Origin: an uncultured Trueperaceae bacterium
GTDB lineage: Bacteria > Deinococcota > Deinococci > Deinococcales > Trueperaceae
NCBI GenBank assembly: GCA_963727505.1
Contig: CAVSGP010000009.1
Location: forward strand, 160,001 to 224,000
Direction: 5' to 3'
Length of the DNA: 64,000 bases
Shown here piece after piece: positions 10,335 through 19,679 of the stretch (its first letter is position 1; every line of letters starts with the position of its first letter). The position numbers and the translations under genes were made by a program. The notes beneath the pieces were generated by a model. That model was not told the DNA's origin. It ran no database searches and worked only from the letters and a program-made list of their open reading frames with translations.

Positions 10335-11375
10335 ATGGCGTCCTCGAAGAAGACGACGCGGCCGCGGGCGAGACGCCCAGTGGCCGGGAGCAGCAGTGTC
10401 GACATGGAACGCGCTCTGGTGCTCGACACCGTCCGCGTGACCGAGCAGGCGGCCATCGCCGCCAGCCGGGTGGCGGGCAAGGGTGACGCCGACCTGGTCG
10501 ACCAGGCGGGGACCGACGCGATGCGTCGCGTGCTCAACGAGCTCGACATCGACGGCGAGATCGTCATCGGCGAGGGCGAGCGCGACGAGGCTCCCATGCT
10601 GTTCATCGGGGAGCGACTCGGCCGCGCCGGAGAAGGCGCGTGGCCGGTCGACATCGCAGTGGACCCGGTGGAGGGCACGAACATCACCGCCCGCATGGTC
10701 GCCAACTCGGTGGCGGTGATCGCGCTGGCCGAGCACGGCGGCCTCTTCCACGCCCCCGACACCTACATGCAGAAGCTGGTGGTGGGCCCGCCGGCCGTGG
10801 GCACGGTCGACCTGTTGTGGCCGGTGGCGGCCAATCTGCGCTCGGTGGCGCTGTCGCTCGACCGCGCCGTGGACGACCTGACCGTCGTCATCCTCGACCG
10901 GCCCCGCCACGCCGAGCTCATCCAGGAGGTCCGGGACGCCGGCGCCCGCGTGAAGCTGATCGGCGACGGCGACGTCATCGCCGCACTTTCGGCGGCCGTG
11001 CGCGGCACGGGCGTGCACGCGGTGATGGGAACGGGCGGGGCGCCGGAGGGCGTGCTGGCGGCCGCTGCCCTGAAGTGCCTGGGCGGCGAGATCCAGGGCC
11101 GCTTCCGGCCCCGCAACGACGACGAGAAGGCGCGCCTGGAGGCCATGGGGGCGTCGGTGGACAAGGTCTACCGCACCAACGACCTGGCGCCGGGCAAGAC
11201 GGTCGTGTTCAGCGCGACCGGCATCACCGACGGTGACCTGTTGCGGGGCGTCAAGTTCTTCAAGAACGGCGCGCGTACCTACAGTGTGACCATGGGTCTG
11301 CAGTCGCGCGTCATCCGCTTCAGCGACGCCGTCCACCTGCTGGGTGACGGCGCCCGGGTCACCATCCAGGTCTAG
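10335..11375 (+). CDS. glpX: Class II fructose-1,6-bisphosphatase
   Basis: '[13 protein letters not shown]', '[10 protein letters not shown]', 'DRPRH', 'GGAPEGV', 'ATGITDG'; start uncertain (10326/10335/10404). Confidence 0.95.
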   Translation: MASSKKTTRPRARRPVAGSSSVDMERALVLDTVRVTEQAAIAASRVAGKGDADLVDQAGTDAMRRVLNELDIDGEIVIGEGERDEAPMLFIGERLGRAGEGAWPVDIAVDPVEGTNITARMVANSVAVIALAEHGGLFHAPDTYMQKLVVGPPAVGTVDLLWPVAANLRSVALSLDRAVDDLTVVILDRPRHAELIQEVRDAGARVKLIGDGDVIAALSAAVRGTGVHAVMGTGGAPEGVLAAAALKCLGGEIQGRFRPRNDDEKARLEAMGASVDKVYRTNDLAPGKTVVFSATGITDGDLLRGVKFFKNGARTYSVTMGLQSRVIRFSDAVHLLGDGARVTIQV

Positions 11376-11401
11376 AAAGCCTTCCCCGGAGGGGGCACCG
11401 C

Positions 11402-12160
11402 ATGGAACCCGCACGGCAACCCTTGCGGCTGGACGGTGTGGTCGAGAGCCGGCGCTCGGACATCGAGCTCCGTTTCCCGCGCGGCGAGGACGTCCGGGCG
11501 GACGCGGCGGCGGCGCTGGTCGAGGTGCTGAGGCCGGTGGTGGCGCGCTACCTGGGGGTCGCCTGGCAGGGTCCGGTGCGGCTGGAGCTGCTGGAGAAAC
11601 CGCGCGCCAGCGGCGTCAACCCCGTCACGGGCACGTTGCGCCACGCGCTGCGAGGGTTCGACGAGCGCTCGCCGCGCTCGGCCGGGGCGCTCAGCTATGA
11701 GCTCGGCCGGATCCTGTTCTACCGGGCGTCGGTTGAGGACGCCTTCCCGGGAGCGGGCCCGCGCCACCCCGACTGGCTGTTGGAGGCGGCGCTGCTGCCG
11801 CTGCGGCATATCTGGGACGATCGCGCTACCTGGATCGACGCGGTGGCCGAGCAGGTGGCGCTGTTCCGCTGGCGCAAGCCGTTCGCAGAGCCGCTGTTGC
11901 GCGACATGCGGCGTCTCAACCCGCGGCAGCGCGTGGTGGCGTCCGCGCAGTGCCTGCTACGCGGCCAGACGATCGCGCGGCACCATCCGGACTGGGTGCG
12001 CCTGTGGCGCGCACAGCTGGCCGCGATCGCCGAGATCGACGGTGAGCAAGCGCTTCAGCGGGTCACGTCGACCTCACCGGCGGACTGGGAGGAGCGCTTC
12101 GCCGCGGACCTGAGGAACGCCACCGACACGCTGAGGGACACGCCACCGACCAACTGGTGA
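11402..12160 (+). CDS. Hypothetical protein, possibly a degenerate peptidase-MA-like fold
   Basis: Good RBS; 'YELGR' and 'PDWLLEAA' resemble HExxH...PxWxxEG but lack the His ligands. Confidence 0.6.
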   Translation: MEPARQPLRLDGVVESRRSDIELRFPRGEDVRADAAAALVEVLRPVVARYLGVAWQGPVRLELLEKPRASGVNPVTGTLRHALRGFDERSPRSAGALSYELGRILFYRASVEDAFPGAGPRHPDWLLEAALLPLRHIWDDRATWIDAVAEQVALFRWRKPFAEPLLRDMRRLNPRQRVVASAQCLLRGQTIARHHPDWVRLWRAQLAAIAEIDGEQALQRVTSTSPADWEERFAADLRNATDTLRDTPPTNW

Positions 12161-12171
12161 GCCCGCCGTCC

Positions 12172-12243
12172 GGCGGGTGGTTCGGAGCGGCGGGAGGTTC
12201 AGAGCGGCCGGCGGGAGGTTCAGAGCGGCGGGAGGTTCAGAGC
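12172..12243. repeat. Four near-tandem copies of the 17-mer GGCGGGAGGTTCAGAGC (first copy degenerate)
   Basis: Copies at 12172, 12189, 12210 and 12227; the last overlaps the rdgB stop codon. Confidence 0.9.
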
Positions 12244-12881
12244 TTGGCGTCGCGGCGGGGCATCGTCTCCTGCATGGTGCGCTTTCCGATAGGGGTGAGG
12301 GCCCACTCCAGGAAGCGCTGCAGTGCGCGCCCGCGGTGACTGACCCGCCCCTTGGCGTCGCCGTCGGCTTCGGCGAAGGTCTTGCTGAGCTCGGGGCTGA
12401 AGAACACGGGATCGTAACCGAAGCCGTCTTCGCCGCGTGGCCCCTCCAGGATCTCGCCACGGCATTCCCCGACGAAACTCTTCACTTCGCCCCCGGGGGT
12501 TGCCAGGACCACGGTGCTCACGAAGCTGGCAGCGCGGGCTCCGCGAGGAACGTCGCGCATCTTCTGGAGCAGGTACGCGATGCGCTCCCCGTCGCGCAAC
12601 TTGCCCCCGAAACGCGCCGAGTAGATCCCCGGAGCGCCGTCGAGAACGTCGACTTCCAGGCCGGAGTCGTCGGCCAGGGCGGGCAGGCCGCTCTGCAGCG
12701 CAGCGTAGCCGGCCTTGAGCAGGGCGTTCTCTTCGTAGCTCGCGCCGATCTCCTCGGGAAAGCGTCGGATGCCGGCGTCCTCGGCGGACAGCAACTCGAC
12801 GTCCAGGCGCGACAGGGCGCGCCGGAACTCGCGCAGCTTGCCGGCATTGCCGGTGGCGATGACGATGCGCAGGCGGCTCAC
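12237..12881 (-). CDS. rdgB: Non-canonical purine NTP pyrophosphatase (HAM1 family)
   Basis: 'ATGNAGK', 'ENALLKA', 'ADDSGL', 'PGIYSAR', 'GFGYDPVF', 'SHRG'. Confidence 0.95.
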   Translation of the reverse strand: MSRLRIVIATGNAGKLREFRRALSRLDVELLSAEDAGIRRFPEEIGASYEENALLKAGYAALQSGLPALADDSGLEVDVLDGAPGIYSARFGGKLRDGERIAYLLQKMRDVPRGARAASFVSTVVLATPGGEVKSFVGECRGEILEGPRGEDGFGYDPVFFSPELSKTFAEADGDAKGRVSHRGRALQRFLEWALTPIGKRTMQETMPRRDAKL

Positions 12882-13588
12882 GAGAGCTGCGGCCTCACGA
12901 TCTCCACGACGCGTTGCGCGGCACGGACACCGTTCGCGACCAGGGTGACGTAGGTCTCGGCAGGGATCGGCCGGTCCTCGCCGCCACCCTGCACCTCGAC
13001 CACGTCCCCCCCGCCCGTCGCGATGACGTTGAGATCGACCTCGGCCTGCACGTCCTCACTGTACTGGAGGTCGACGAGGGCGGCGCCGTCGACGAGCCCA
13101 ACGCTCACGGCAGCGAGCTCGTGCTTGAGCGGCCACTCGGAGAGCGTGCCGTCGAACACCAGCCGGCTTGCGGCGTGATGGAGGGCGGCGTAGCCGGCTG
13201 TGATTCCGGCGCAGCGGGTGCCTCCGTCGGCCTGGAGCACGTCGACGTCGACGATGAGGGTCTTGTTGCGGAACATCTCCAGCGCGACGATGCTGCGCAG
13301 AGCGCGGCCGGTGAGCCGCTGGATCTCCTGCGTCCGGCCGCCCGCGTAGAGTCGTTCGCGCTGGCTCCGCTCCTGCGTGCTGCGTGGCAGCAGCGCGTAC
13401 TCGGCCGTGAGCCAGCCGTTCTTGGCGCGGCGGCCGCGCAGGTGTGGCGGTAGACGGCTGTCGATGGTGACGGTCGCAAGGACCACGGTATGCCCCCACT
13501 CGACCAGCGCCGAGCCCTCGGCATAGCGGTTGAAGCCGGGGGTGACGGTGATCGGGCGCAGCTCGTCGGGACGTCGTTCGGTTCGCAT
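12878..13588 (-). CDS. rph: Ribonuclease PH
   Basis: 'AEGSAL', 'GWLTAEY', 'GRTQEIQRL', 'DVLQADGGTR'. Confidence 0.96.
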   Translation of the reverse strand: MRTERRPDELRPITVTPGFNRYAEGSALVEWGHTVVLATVTIDSRLPPHLRGRRAKNGWLTAEYALLPRSTQERSQRERLYAGGRTQEIQRLTGRALRSIVALEMFRNKTLIVDVDVLQADGGTRCAGITAGYAALHHAASRLVFDGTLSEWPLKHELAAVSVGLVDGAALVDLQYSEDVQAEVDLNVIATGGGDVVEVQGGGEDRPIPAETYVTLVANGVRAAQRVVEIVRPQLS

Positions 13589-13600
13589 GGGGACGCCGCC

Positions 13601-14416
13601 TCAGCCGGGTGCGGGCTCGAGCGCATCGAGGACGACACGTTCGGCGGGCCCCATGGGGCCGCCCAGGACGCGAGCGGTGTGCAGGTAGGTGTCGACGTCA
13701 CCGGTGACCAGATGACGGATGGCGCCCTCGACGCCGGCCGGGGCCGCCAGGCCGGTACGGCGCAGGTCGCGCGCCACCACGGCGGCGGTCGACTCGGCCG
13801 AGTCGACCAGCGTCACGCCCTCCCCGAGCACCGCCTGCAGCGTTGCCCGGAGAGCGGGGTAGTGGGTGCAGCCGAGGATGACGGTGTCGACGGCGGGTCG
13901 CGAGGCAAGGTAGTGCTCCGCGACGAGCGTCGCGATGGCGGAGTCGGAGATGCCCTCCTCGACGATCGGGACGAACAGCGGACAGGCCTTGCCCCAGGTG
14001 GAAATGCCCGCCGCTTCCAGGCGGTCCTGATAGACGCGGGTGTCGATGGTGCCCACGGTGCCGAGCACGCCGACATGCCCGGAGCGCGTAGCCGCCAGGG
14101 CGGCCTCGACCCCGGGGTCGACCACGCCCCATACGGGAACCGGCAGCTCGTCGGCGAGCTGCGGCAGGCTGGCTGCCGAGGCGGTGTTACAGGCCACCAC
14201 GATGCCCTTCACGCCGCGGCGGAGGAGCTCGCGGCTGATCTGACGGGCGAAGCCGCGCACCATGTCGAGCGGTTTCGATCCGTAGGGGACGCGGGCGGTG
14301 TCGCCGAGATAGAGAAGTGACTCGTTCGGGAGCGCCCGTTGCAGGGCGCTCAGGACCGTCAGCCCACCGACCCCGGAATCGAAGACGCCGAGGGGCTGCT
14401 TGGCGAGGTCCGGCAC
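13601..14416 (-). CDS. murI: Glutamate racemase
   Basis: 'FDSGVGGLTV', 'PYG', 'ACNTAS', 'LGCTHYP'. Confidence 0.97.
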   Translation of the reverse strand: MPDLAKQPLGVFDSGVGGLTVLSALQRALPNESLLYLGDTARVPYGSKPLDMVRGFARQISRELLRRGVKGIVVACNTASAASLPQLADELPVPVWGVVDPGVEAALAATRSGHVGVLGTVGTIDTRVYQDRLEAAGISTWGKACPLFVPIVEEGISDSAIATLVAEHYLASRPAVDTVILGCTHYPALRATLQAVLGEGVTLVDSAESTAAVVARDLRRTGLAAPAGVEGAIRHLVTGDVDTYLHTARVLGGPMGPAERVVLDALEPAPG

Positions 14417-14492
14417 GCGCGTAGTTTACCATCCGCGTTCCCGTTGGGACGTGGACAATCCCGCGTGGTCGACGCCCCAGGGGCCGCGGGCC

Positions 14493-14711
14493 TCACGGCA
14501 GCATCTCGACGTAGTAGGCGGAGCCGGAGGGGAAGACGCGGGTGCCGCCACGACCCCGCTGGCGCAGGAAGAGGAAGGTGCGGGCGCACTGCACGTTGGT
14601 GAAAGGCCCGACGATGCAGCCCCGCTCACCGCTCCAGGCGGCCGGAGGAACGGCGGCGGCGGCGTGAACACCGCGTTCATCGCGTATCCAGACACGCTCG
14701 TGTGGACCCAT
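14493..14711 (-). CDS. Small hypothetical protein (72 aa, MGPHERVW...)
   Basis: GAGAGGAG RBS upstream of the ATG; fills the intergenic gap; no recognised motif. Confidence 0.45.
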   Translation of the reverse strand: MGPHERVWIRDERGVHAAAAVPPAAWSGERGCIVGPFTNVQCARTFLFLRQRGRGGTRVFPSGSAYYVEMLP

Positions 14712-14837
14712 GAGGACGGCTCCTCTCTTGCGCCGGTTTCGGCGCTCGTTTCGACACAGCCAGCCTAGCCGGGCGGCGTGAGACCAGCCTAGGACGTGCA
14801 TGACGAGGGTGAGACCGACGGTGTCGCTCGTGACTAG

Positions 14838-14864
14838 ATACCCACCAGGGGTATGTGATAGCGT
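14838..14864 (+). promoter_or_regulatory. CsoR/RcnR-family-like operator next to an extended -10 promoter
   Basis: Palindrome ATACCC-accag-GGGTAT (14838-14854) followed by TG-A-TAGCGT (14856-14864). Confidence 0.55.
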
Positions 14865-14898
14865 GGTCCTGGTTAGTTTGGATGGAAGGGAGCCACGT

Positions 14899-15585
14899 AT
14901 GGCTTTTCTCGATGAAGATATCCGGAGTCAGGTCCGGGACGCACTGAGCGGCCTCCAGAACGACGTGGAGATGATCGTCTACAAGGGCGGTCAAGTCGTC
15001 GTGCCCGGGCAGGACCCGGTGGGAGAACAGGAAGCGACGGTCCAGCTCCTCAACGAGGTCGCGGAGCTCAACGAGCACGTCGAGGTGATCGAGCGCAACC
15101 TTGGCGCGGACGACGAGGCCAAGGCACTCGGCATCACGCGGGCGCCGACCACGTTGTTCCGGCGCAAGGGGACGACGCGCAGCAACATGCGCTTCCTGGG
15201 GATTCCCAGCGGCTACGAGTTCACCACCCTGCTCGAGACCCTGCTGATGCTGGGCGGCGGTGAGCTCGAGCTCACTCCCACACTGGAGAGCGTCAAGGAG
15301 ATCGGCGACGACATCAACCTGCAGACCTTCGTGACGCCGACCTGCCCCTACTGCCCGCGGGCGGTCCTCACCGCCTTCCGGTTCGCCCTGGTGAACGACC
15401 GCATCGTCGCCGAGGGCATCGAGGCGAACGAGTTCCCCACCCTGTCGCAGCAACATCGCATCTCGGGCGTGCCCGACACCATCGTCACGGGGGCCAACGC
15501 CACCCGCGTGCTGGGAGCGCAGCCCGAGCATGCCTTCGCCGAAGCTCTCAAGCAAGTGAGCCAGGGGGCCACCGCTCAGGCTTGA
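14899..15585 (+). CDS. Protein disulfide oxidoreductase (PDO / AhpF-NTD-like, two thioredoxin folds)
   Basis: 'RFLGIPSGYEFTTL', 'VTPTCPYCP', 'EANEFP', 'GVP', 'GAQPE'; only the C-terminal CxxC is present. Confidence 0.88.
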   Translation: MAFLDEDIRSQVRDALSGLQNDVEMIVYKGGQVVVPGQDPVGEQEATVQLLNEVAELNEHVEVIERNLGADDEAKALGITRAPTTLFRRKGTTRSNMRFLGIPSGYEFTTLLETLLMLGGGELELTPTLESVKEIGDDINLQTFVTPTCPYCPRAVLTAFRFALVNDRIVAEGIEANEFPTLSQQHRISGVPDTIVTGANATRVLGAQPEHAFAEALKQVSQGATAQA

Positions 15586-15628
15586 ACGAACGCCACCGAC
15601 GGCGACGCCGAGAGGATCCTTCCTCGAG

Positions 15629-15678
15629 GCACGCGCCCCCGGACACGCGCCCCCGGACCATGGTCCGGGGGCGCGTGC
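15629..15678. repeat. Hairpin with a duplicated 5' arm between PDO and tRNA-Ser (possible bidirectional terminator)
   Basis: CACGCGCCCCCGGAC occurs twice, followed by the complementary arm GTCCGGGGGCGCGTG. Confidence 0.6.
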
Positions 15679-16014
15679 TGCGTGAAGCGGGATGCGGTGG
15701 TGTTGGGGGCGCTGTGTTGGGAGGGGAGGAGTGTGCCGGAATCTTGGGGGGCGATTCCGGCACCGTTCGAACGTATCCGAGACGTGGCCCCGGGAGAAGG
15801 CCCGTTTCTCGGATATCGGGAGCTGGTGCGTCGATCGGGGGAGGGGGCGTCGTGGCGGCTCGGTCTTCGACCAGGCGGTCATGAACGCCGTTCGGCAGCT
15901 CCACGACGAGACGCCGCCCCGCGGACAGGGCTCGTGGACGCCTCTGTTCGGGGCGCGGTGTCCGCGCAGCGTACGTAGTGCCGTGTTCGTGGCGCCGCCC
16001 GGCGGCGGAACAGT

Positions 16015-16107
16015 TGGCGGAGAGGGCGGGATTCGAACCCGCGAGGCAGGGAATGCCCACCTACACGCTTTCCAGGCGTGCTCCTTCAACCACTCGGACA
16101 CCTCTCC
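16015..16107 (-). tRNA. tRNA-Ser (anticodon GGA)
   Basis: GGAGAGGTGTCCGAGTGGTTGAAGG...CACGC-CT-GGA-AA-GCGTG, long variable arm, GGTTCGAATCC, encoded CCA end. Confidence 0.97.
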
Positions 16108-16244
16108 GTCCCGTCGGTGGCATCGCCGAGTCTATCAGGCGCCACCGGGGCGGTCAACGAAGGTCCCGTCCCGGAAGGGTGCGCAACACGACATCGTCCG
16201 GCCGACCGGGGCACCTACAATCAGGGTGCGCAGGAGGAGTGAGC

Positions 16245-16898
16245 ATGCTGAATGATCGAGTCGTACTACTCACCAGTGAAGAGGCCGTGGAAGCCTTCCT
16301 CGGCCGCTTCCCGTCGAGCGTCATCTTCAAGGCAGGGACCTGTCACAAGACCATGCAGGGCTTCGGCCATCTCGAGGACCGGTTGGCCGGTCGCGAGGAC
16401 CTGATGTGCGGCGTCATCCGGGTGGTGGAGGCGCGCCCCGCCAGCAATCTGGTGGCGGAGAAGACGGGCCTCCGGCACGAGTCGCCGCAGGTCATCGTGT
16501 TCAAGGACGGCGCCCCCGTGTTCGAGGCCAACAACTGGGGCATCACGCCGGAAGCCCTGGCCGAGGGTTTCGAGCGCGTACCCGAGGGAGCGGCCGTCAC
16601 AGCCGAGTCCGGCAGCGCCGGCACCAGTTTGAAGCCCTACCTCGACGTGCTGGAGCAGTACCTGACCGGCGTCATCGACGAGCGTCAGTTCGAGGCGATG
16701 TACACGCAGATGTTCCGTGACGACGACGCCCTGCGCTCGAGCGCGGAGGTGGAGGCACTCAACAGCATCTTCGGCGACGTCGACCAGCACATGAACATGC
16801 ACCTGATGATGGCCGGCAAGGCGGACAACGCCAAGCTGCGGATGAGGGCGCAGGGAGCGTACGACCAGCTCCGGGAGCTGGCGCAGGCTCCTGCCTGA
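16245..16898 (+). CDS. Monothiol bacilliredoxin BrxC/YtxJ family (AbxC-like) with a C-terminal helical domain
   Basis: 'FKAGTCHKT' active site and 'HESPQVI'; the C-terminal helical part resembles colicin-D-immunity-like domains; RBS AGGAGG. Confidence 0.8.
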   Translation: MLNDRVVLLTSEEAVEAFLGRFPSSVIFKAGTCHKTMQGFGHLEDRLAGREDLMCGVIRVVEARPASNLVAEKTGLRHESPQVIVFKDGAPVFEANNWGITPEALAEGFERVPEGAAVTAESGSAGTSLKPYLDVLEQYLTGVIDERQFEAMYTQMFRDDDALRSSAEVEALNSIFGDVDQHMNMHLMMAGKADNAKLRMRAQGAYDQLRELAQAPA

Positions 16899-16970
16899 CG
16901 TCGTCGACGCCCGCGACAACGAATACGCACTTCGACGGTTCCGGCCGTGCCCACGGGCACGGCCGGAACG

Positions 16971-17867
16971 TTAGGATCCGGGCGGCGGGCGCAGGCCGGG
17001 CAGCTCGCCCCGCAGCGCTTGCAGGTAGCGGCGCCGGCCCTGTTCTACTGCTTCGCGGGCGCCCTGCGCCACGCACCCGCCTTCGAACGCCCCGTAGATC
17101 CGGTCGAAGGCTAGGGGCAAGACCGCGTCGGCTACGGCATCTACCTCCCAGGCGGGGAGCGGAAGGTAGTTCGGGAACGAGTACATGAAGCCCACCACGC
17201 CCCGATCCGGGGTGACCTGCAAGATGTCGCCGGACAGCACCACTCCGGCGCCACCGGCTCCGGCCGCCCAGTGCAGGACGGTGCCGCCCGGGAAGTGCCC
17301 GCCGGCGCGCACCAGCGTGACCCCCTCGAGCAGGTGCTGCCGGTCGCCCTCCCAGTGCCGTAGACGCGCGTGCGGGTCGACCACCCACTCGCTGTCGGCT
17401 CCGTGGAGGTAGACGGGTGCGTCGAAGGCCTCGGCCCAGAGGCGCTGGGAGCCGTAGTAGTGGGGGTGGCTGATGGCGATGGCGTCGATGCCGCCGAGGG
17501 CGCGCACCGCCTCGACGGTGCTGCGGTCGAGGAGGGTGATGCAGTCCCACAGCACGTTCCCTGCGGGCGTCTGCACCAGCAGCGCGCGCTGACCGATGCC
17601 TACGCGGGGTCCGCTGTGGATCGCGTAGAGGCCGGGCTCGAGGCGATCGACGGCGTTGCGGTGACGCGAAGCCAGTTCCACCTGCGTCGTCCAGCGCTGG
17701 CCCGCCTCGGGCACGTACTGGCGAACGTCCTGGCAGACGGGGCAGGCGCCCGGCGGCGCTTCCCCCGCCGGGAAGAGGGTGCCGCAGGTAGCGCAGATGA
17801 AGGCGGTGCTGCCGCTCACGAGCGAGGACTCCTGGGACCGGGCATGCGGGACCTCCTCATGCCTCAT
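16971..17867 (-). CDS. MBL-fold metallo-hydrolase with N-terminal Zn ribbon
   Basis: CATCG...CPVCQD, 'LWDC', 'ISHPHYY', 'GGHFPG', 'SGD'; start 17867 (ATGA overlap) or GTG 17819. Confidence 0.85.
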   Translation of the reverse strand: MRHEEVPHARSQESSLVSGSTAFICATCGTLFPAGEAPPGACPVCQDVRQYVPEAGQRWTTQVELASRHRNAVDRLEPGLYAIHSGPRVGIGQRALLVQTPAGNVLWDCITLLDRSTVEAVRALGGIDAIAISHPHYYGSQRLWAEAFDAPVYLHGADSEWVVDPHARLRHWEGDRQHLLEGVTLVRAGGHFPGGTVLHWAAGAGGAGVVLSGDILQVTPDRGVVGFMYSFPNYLPLPAWEVDAVADAVLPLAFDRIYGAFEGGCVAQGAREAVEQGRRRYLQALRGELPGLRPPPGS

Positions 17868-18940
17868 TGTGCTGCTTCGGCGCCCCGGTCGGGCAGCAGC
17901 AGGTGCACGTCCCCGAACTCGTGCCACAGGTAGCCGGCCCCTAGCGCCACGCGGTAGGCCTCCGCCACCAGTGCCTCGCCCGCGAGGGCGGTGAGCAGCG
18001 CCAGGTGGGTGCTCCGCGGTTCGTGGAAGCCGGTGAGGAGGCCGTCGACGGCGCCCCGGACTGCGCCCGGGCGCACGTAACGTCGGGTGAAGCCGCTCGC
18101 AGCGCGTACGCGGCCCTGTCGGAAAGCTGTCTCCAACGCACGCACGACGGTGGTACCCACCGCGATCACGCGCCCGCCGATCTCGCGGGCGGCCTCGATG
18201 CGCTCGGCGGTCGCTGCGTCGACCTCGAAGGGCTCGGCGTACAGCCCCGCCGGATCGACCTGCTCGGGCTCGATCTCGATACTGCTCACCCCGGTGTGGA
18301 GCGTGAGCGTGGCGACGCCCACGCCGCGCGCTTCCAGGGCGGCGAGCGTGGCGCGGGAGAAGGGGCGCGCCGCCGACGGCATCTCCGCGCTGCCCGGTAC
18401 GCGGGCGAAGACGGTCTGGTAGGCGGCGAGCGGCTGGGGCCGGTCGAGGTAGGCGTAGCGGATGGGGACGCCGTCCGCGGCCAGAGTGGGTTCCAGGGGT
18501 GCATCGACGGCCACGAACCAGAGACGGGGCGACCCCGGGTAAGGAACGACGAAACGCGCCCGGACCGGGCGGCGGCTGCCGATCGTGGCCAGGTCGCCGG
18601 GATCGAGTGCCAGCGGACCTGGCGCGTCGTGGCTGCGTCGCGGCTCGGCCAGCCACAGCCGCGGGCCGTAGCGGGTCGACAGGTTCAGGCGGAAGGTTCC
18701 GAGCCGCGCCTCGGCCGGCAGGCTGGCGGCGAGCGTGGCGCTGTCGTTGACCACCAGCAGGTCTCCGGGAGCCAACGCGCGGGGAAGGTCGGTGAAGTGC
18801 AGGCCGCGGTGACCGCGTCCGCTCGACACCAGCAGGCGTACGTCGTCGCGGCCCGCGCCGCGGAGTTCCGCCGGGAGCGCTGCGTGAGGCAGCACCGTCC
18901 GTGGAGCGAAGGTGGCGGCGCTCGGCGGGGCGCTAGGCAC
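17864..18940 (-). CDS. QueA-like protein (SAM:tRNA ribosyltransferase-isomerase paralogue)
   Basis: 'GDLLVVNDS', 'YQTVFA..PGSAEMPSAARPF', 'LHTG', 'AVGTTVVRALE', 'LLTGFHEP.STHL', 'WHEFGD'; start approximate. Confidence 0.85.
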   Translation of the reverse strand: MPSAPPSAATFAPRTVLPHAALPAELRGAGRDDVRLLVSSGRGHRGLHFTDLPRALAPGDLLVVNDSATLAASLPAEARLGTFRLNLSTRYGPRLWLAEPRRSHDAPGPLALDPGDLATIGSRRPVRARFVVPYPGSPRLWFVAVDAPLEPTLAADGVPIRYAYLDRPQPLAAYQTVFARVPGSAEMPSAARPFSRATLAALEARGVGVATLTLHTGVSSIEIEPEQVDPAGLYAEPFEVDAATAERIEAAREIGGRVIAVGTTVVRALETAFRQGRVRAASGFTRRYVRPGAVRGAVDGLLTGFHEPRSTHLALLTALAGEALVAEAYRVALGAGYLWHEFGDVHLLLPDRGAEAAQ

Positions 18941-19679
18941 GTCTGGTCCCGACTTCGGCCAGCGTCCAGGCATCGGCCTGAGCCTCGAAGCGGCGGCCGT
19001 CGACGTCCTCGCGGCGCTGGCCGAGAAGCCACGCCCAGAAGGGGAGGGTCACCTCCGGCGCCGGCCGGTCGCCGATGTCCTGGCCGGGGAAGGCCCGCTG
19101 GTGCATGGCCGTGCGCATGTCTCCGGGATCCACGCACACCACGCTCACGCCGGAGAGCTCGGCCGCCAGCGTCCTGGCCATCAGCTCGAGCGCAGCCTTG
19201 CTGGCGCCATAGACGCCCCAGCCGGGATAGGCGCCTTGGGCCGCGTCGGAGCTGACGGCCACCACCGTTCCGGCGGCGCGCTCCAGCGCCGGTAGCAGCG
19301 CCTGGGTCAGGGCGAGTGGCGCAACCACGTTGGTCTCGATCACGCTACGGACGTCCCCGAGGTCGACCTCGGCCAGGGCCGGCAACGGACTCGGCCCGAG
19401 CTCGGAGGCGTTGTGCACGAGCAGGTCCAGGCGCTCGCCGGCGAGCCCGGCCAGCCGCGCGCGGTGGCCGGGCTCGGTGACGTCGCCGGCCAGCGCCTGG
19501 ACCTCCCCTGCGCCGCGGACCTCCGCCACGGAGCGCTCGAGCGTCTCGGCCTCGCGCGCCGTGACCACGAGGTCGTAGCCGAGTCCGGCCAGGAAGTGAG
19601 CGAGGGTCAGGCCCAGCCCGCGACTGGCACCGGTGATCAGCGCGCGGGGCCGCGTCCCTCCGAGTCCGGCGCTGCTCAT
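18933..19679 (-). CDS. Short-chain dehydrogenase/reductase
   Basis: 'TGASRGLG', 'HNAS', 'SSDA', 'YGASK', 'VDPGDMRT'. Confidence 0.92.
   Translation of the reverse strand: MSSAGLGGTRPRALITGASRGLGLTLAHFLAGLGYDLVVTAREAETLERSVAEVRGAGEVQALAGDVTEPGHRARLAGLAGERLDLLVHNASELGPSPLPALAEVDLGDVRSVIETNVVAPLALTQALLPALERAAGTVVAVSSDAAQGAYPGWGVYGASKAALELMARTLAAELSGVSVVCVDPGDMRTAMHQRAFPGQDIGDRPAPEVTLPFWAWLLGQRREDVDGRRFEAQADAWTLAEVGTRRA

Noticed and set aside
12172..12243. Possible CRISPR array
   Set aside because: Unit is only 17 bp with 0-4 nt gaps, there are no unique spacers and no cas genes in the window
14677..16101. 474-aa ORF and other ORFs crossing 15.6-16.2 kb
   Set aside because: They overlap tRNA-Ser and the PDO gene, and the translations are low-complexity and not protein-like
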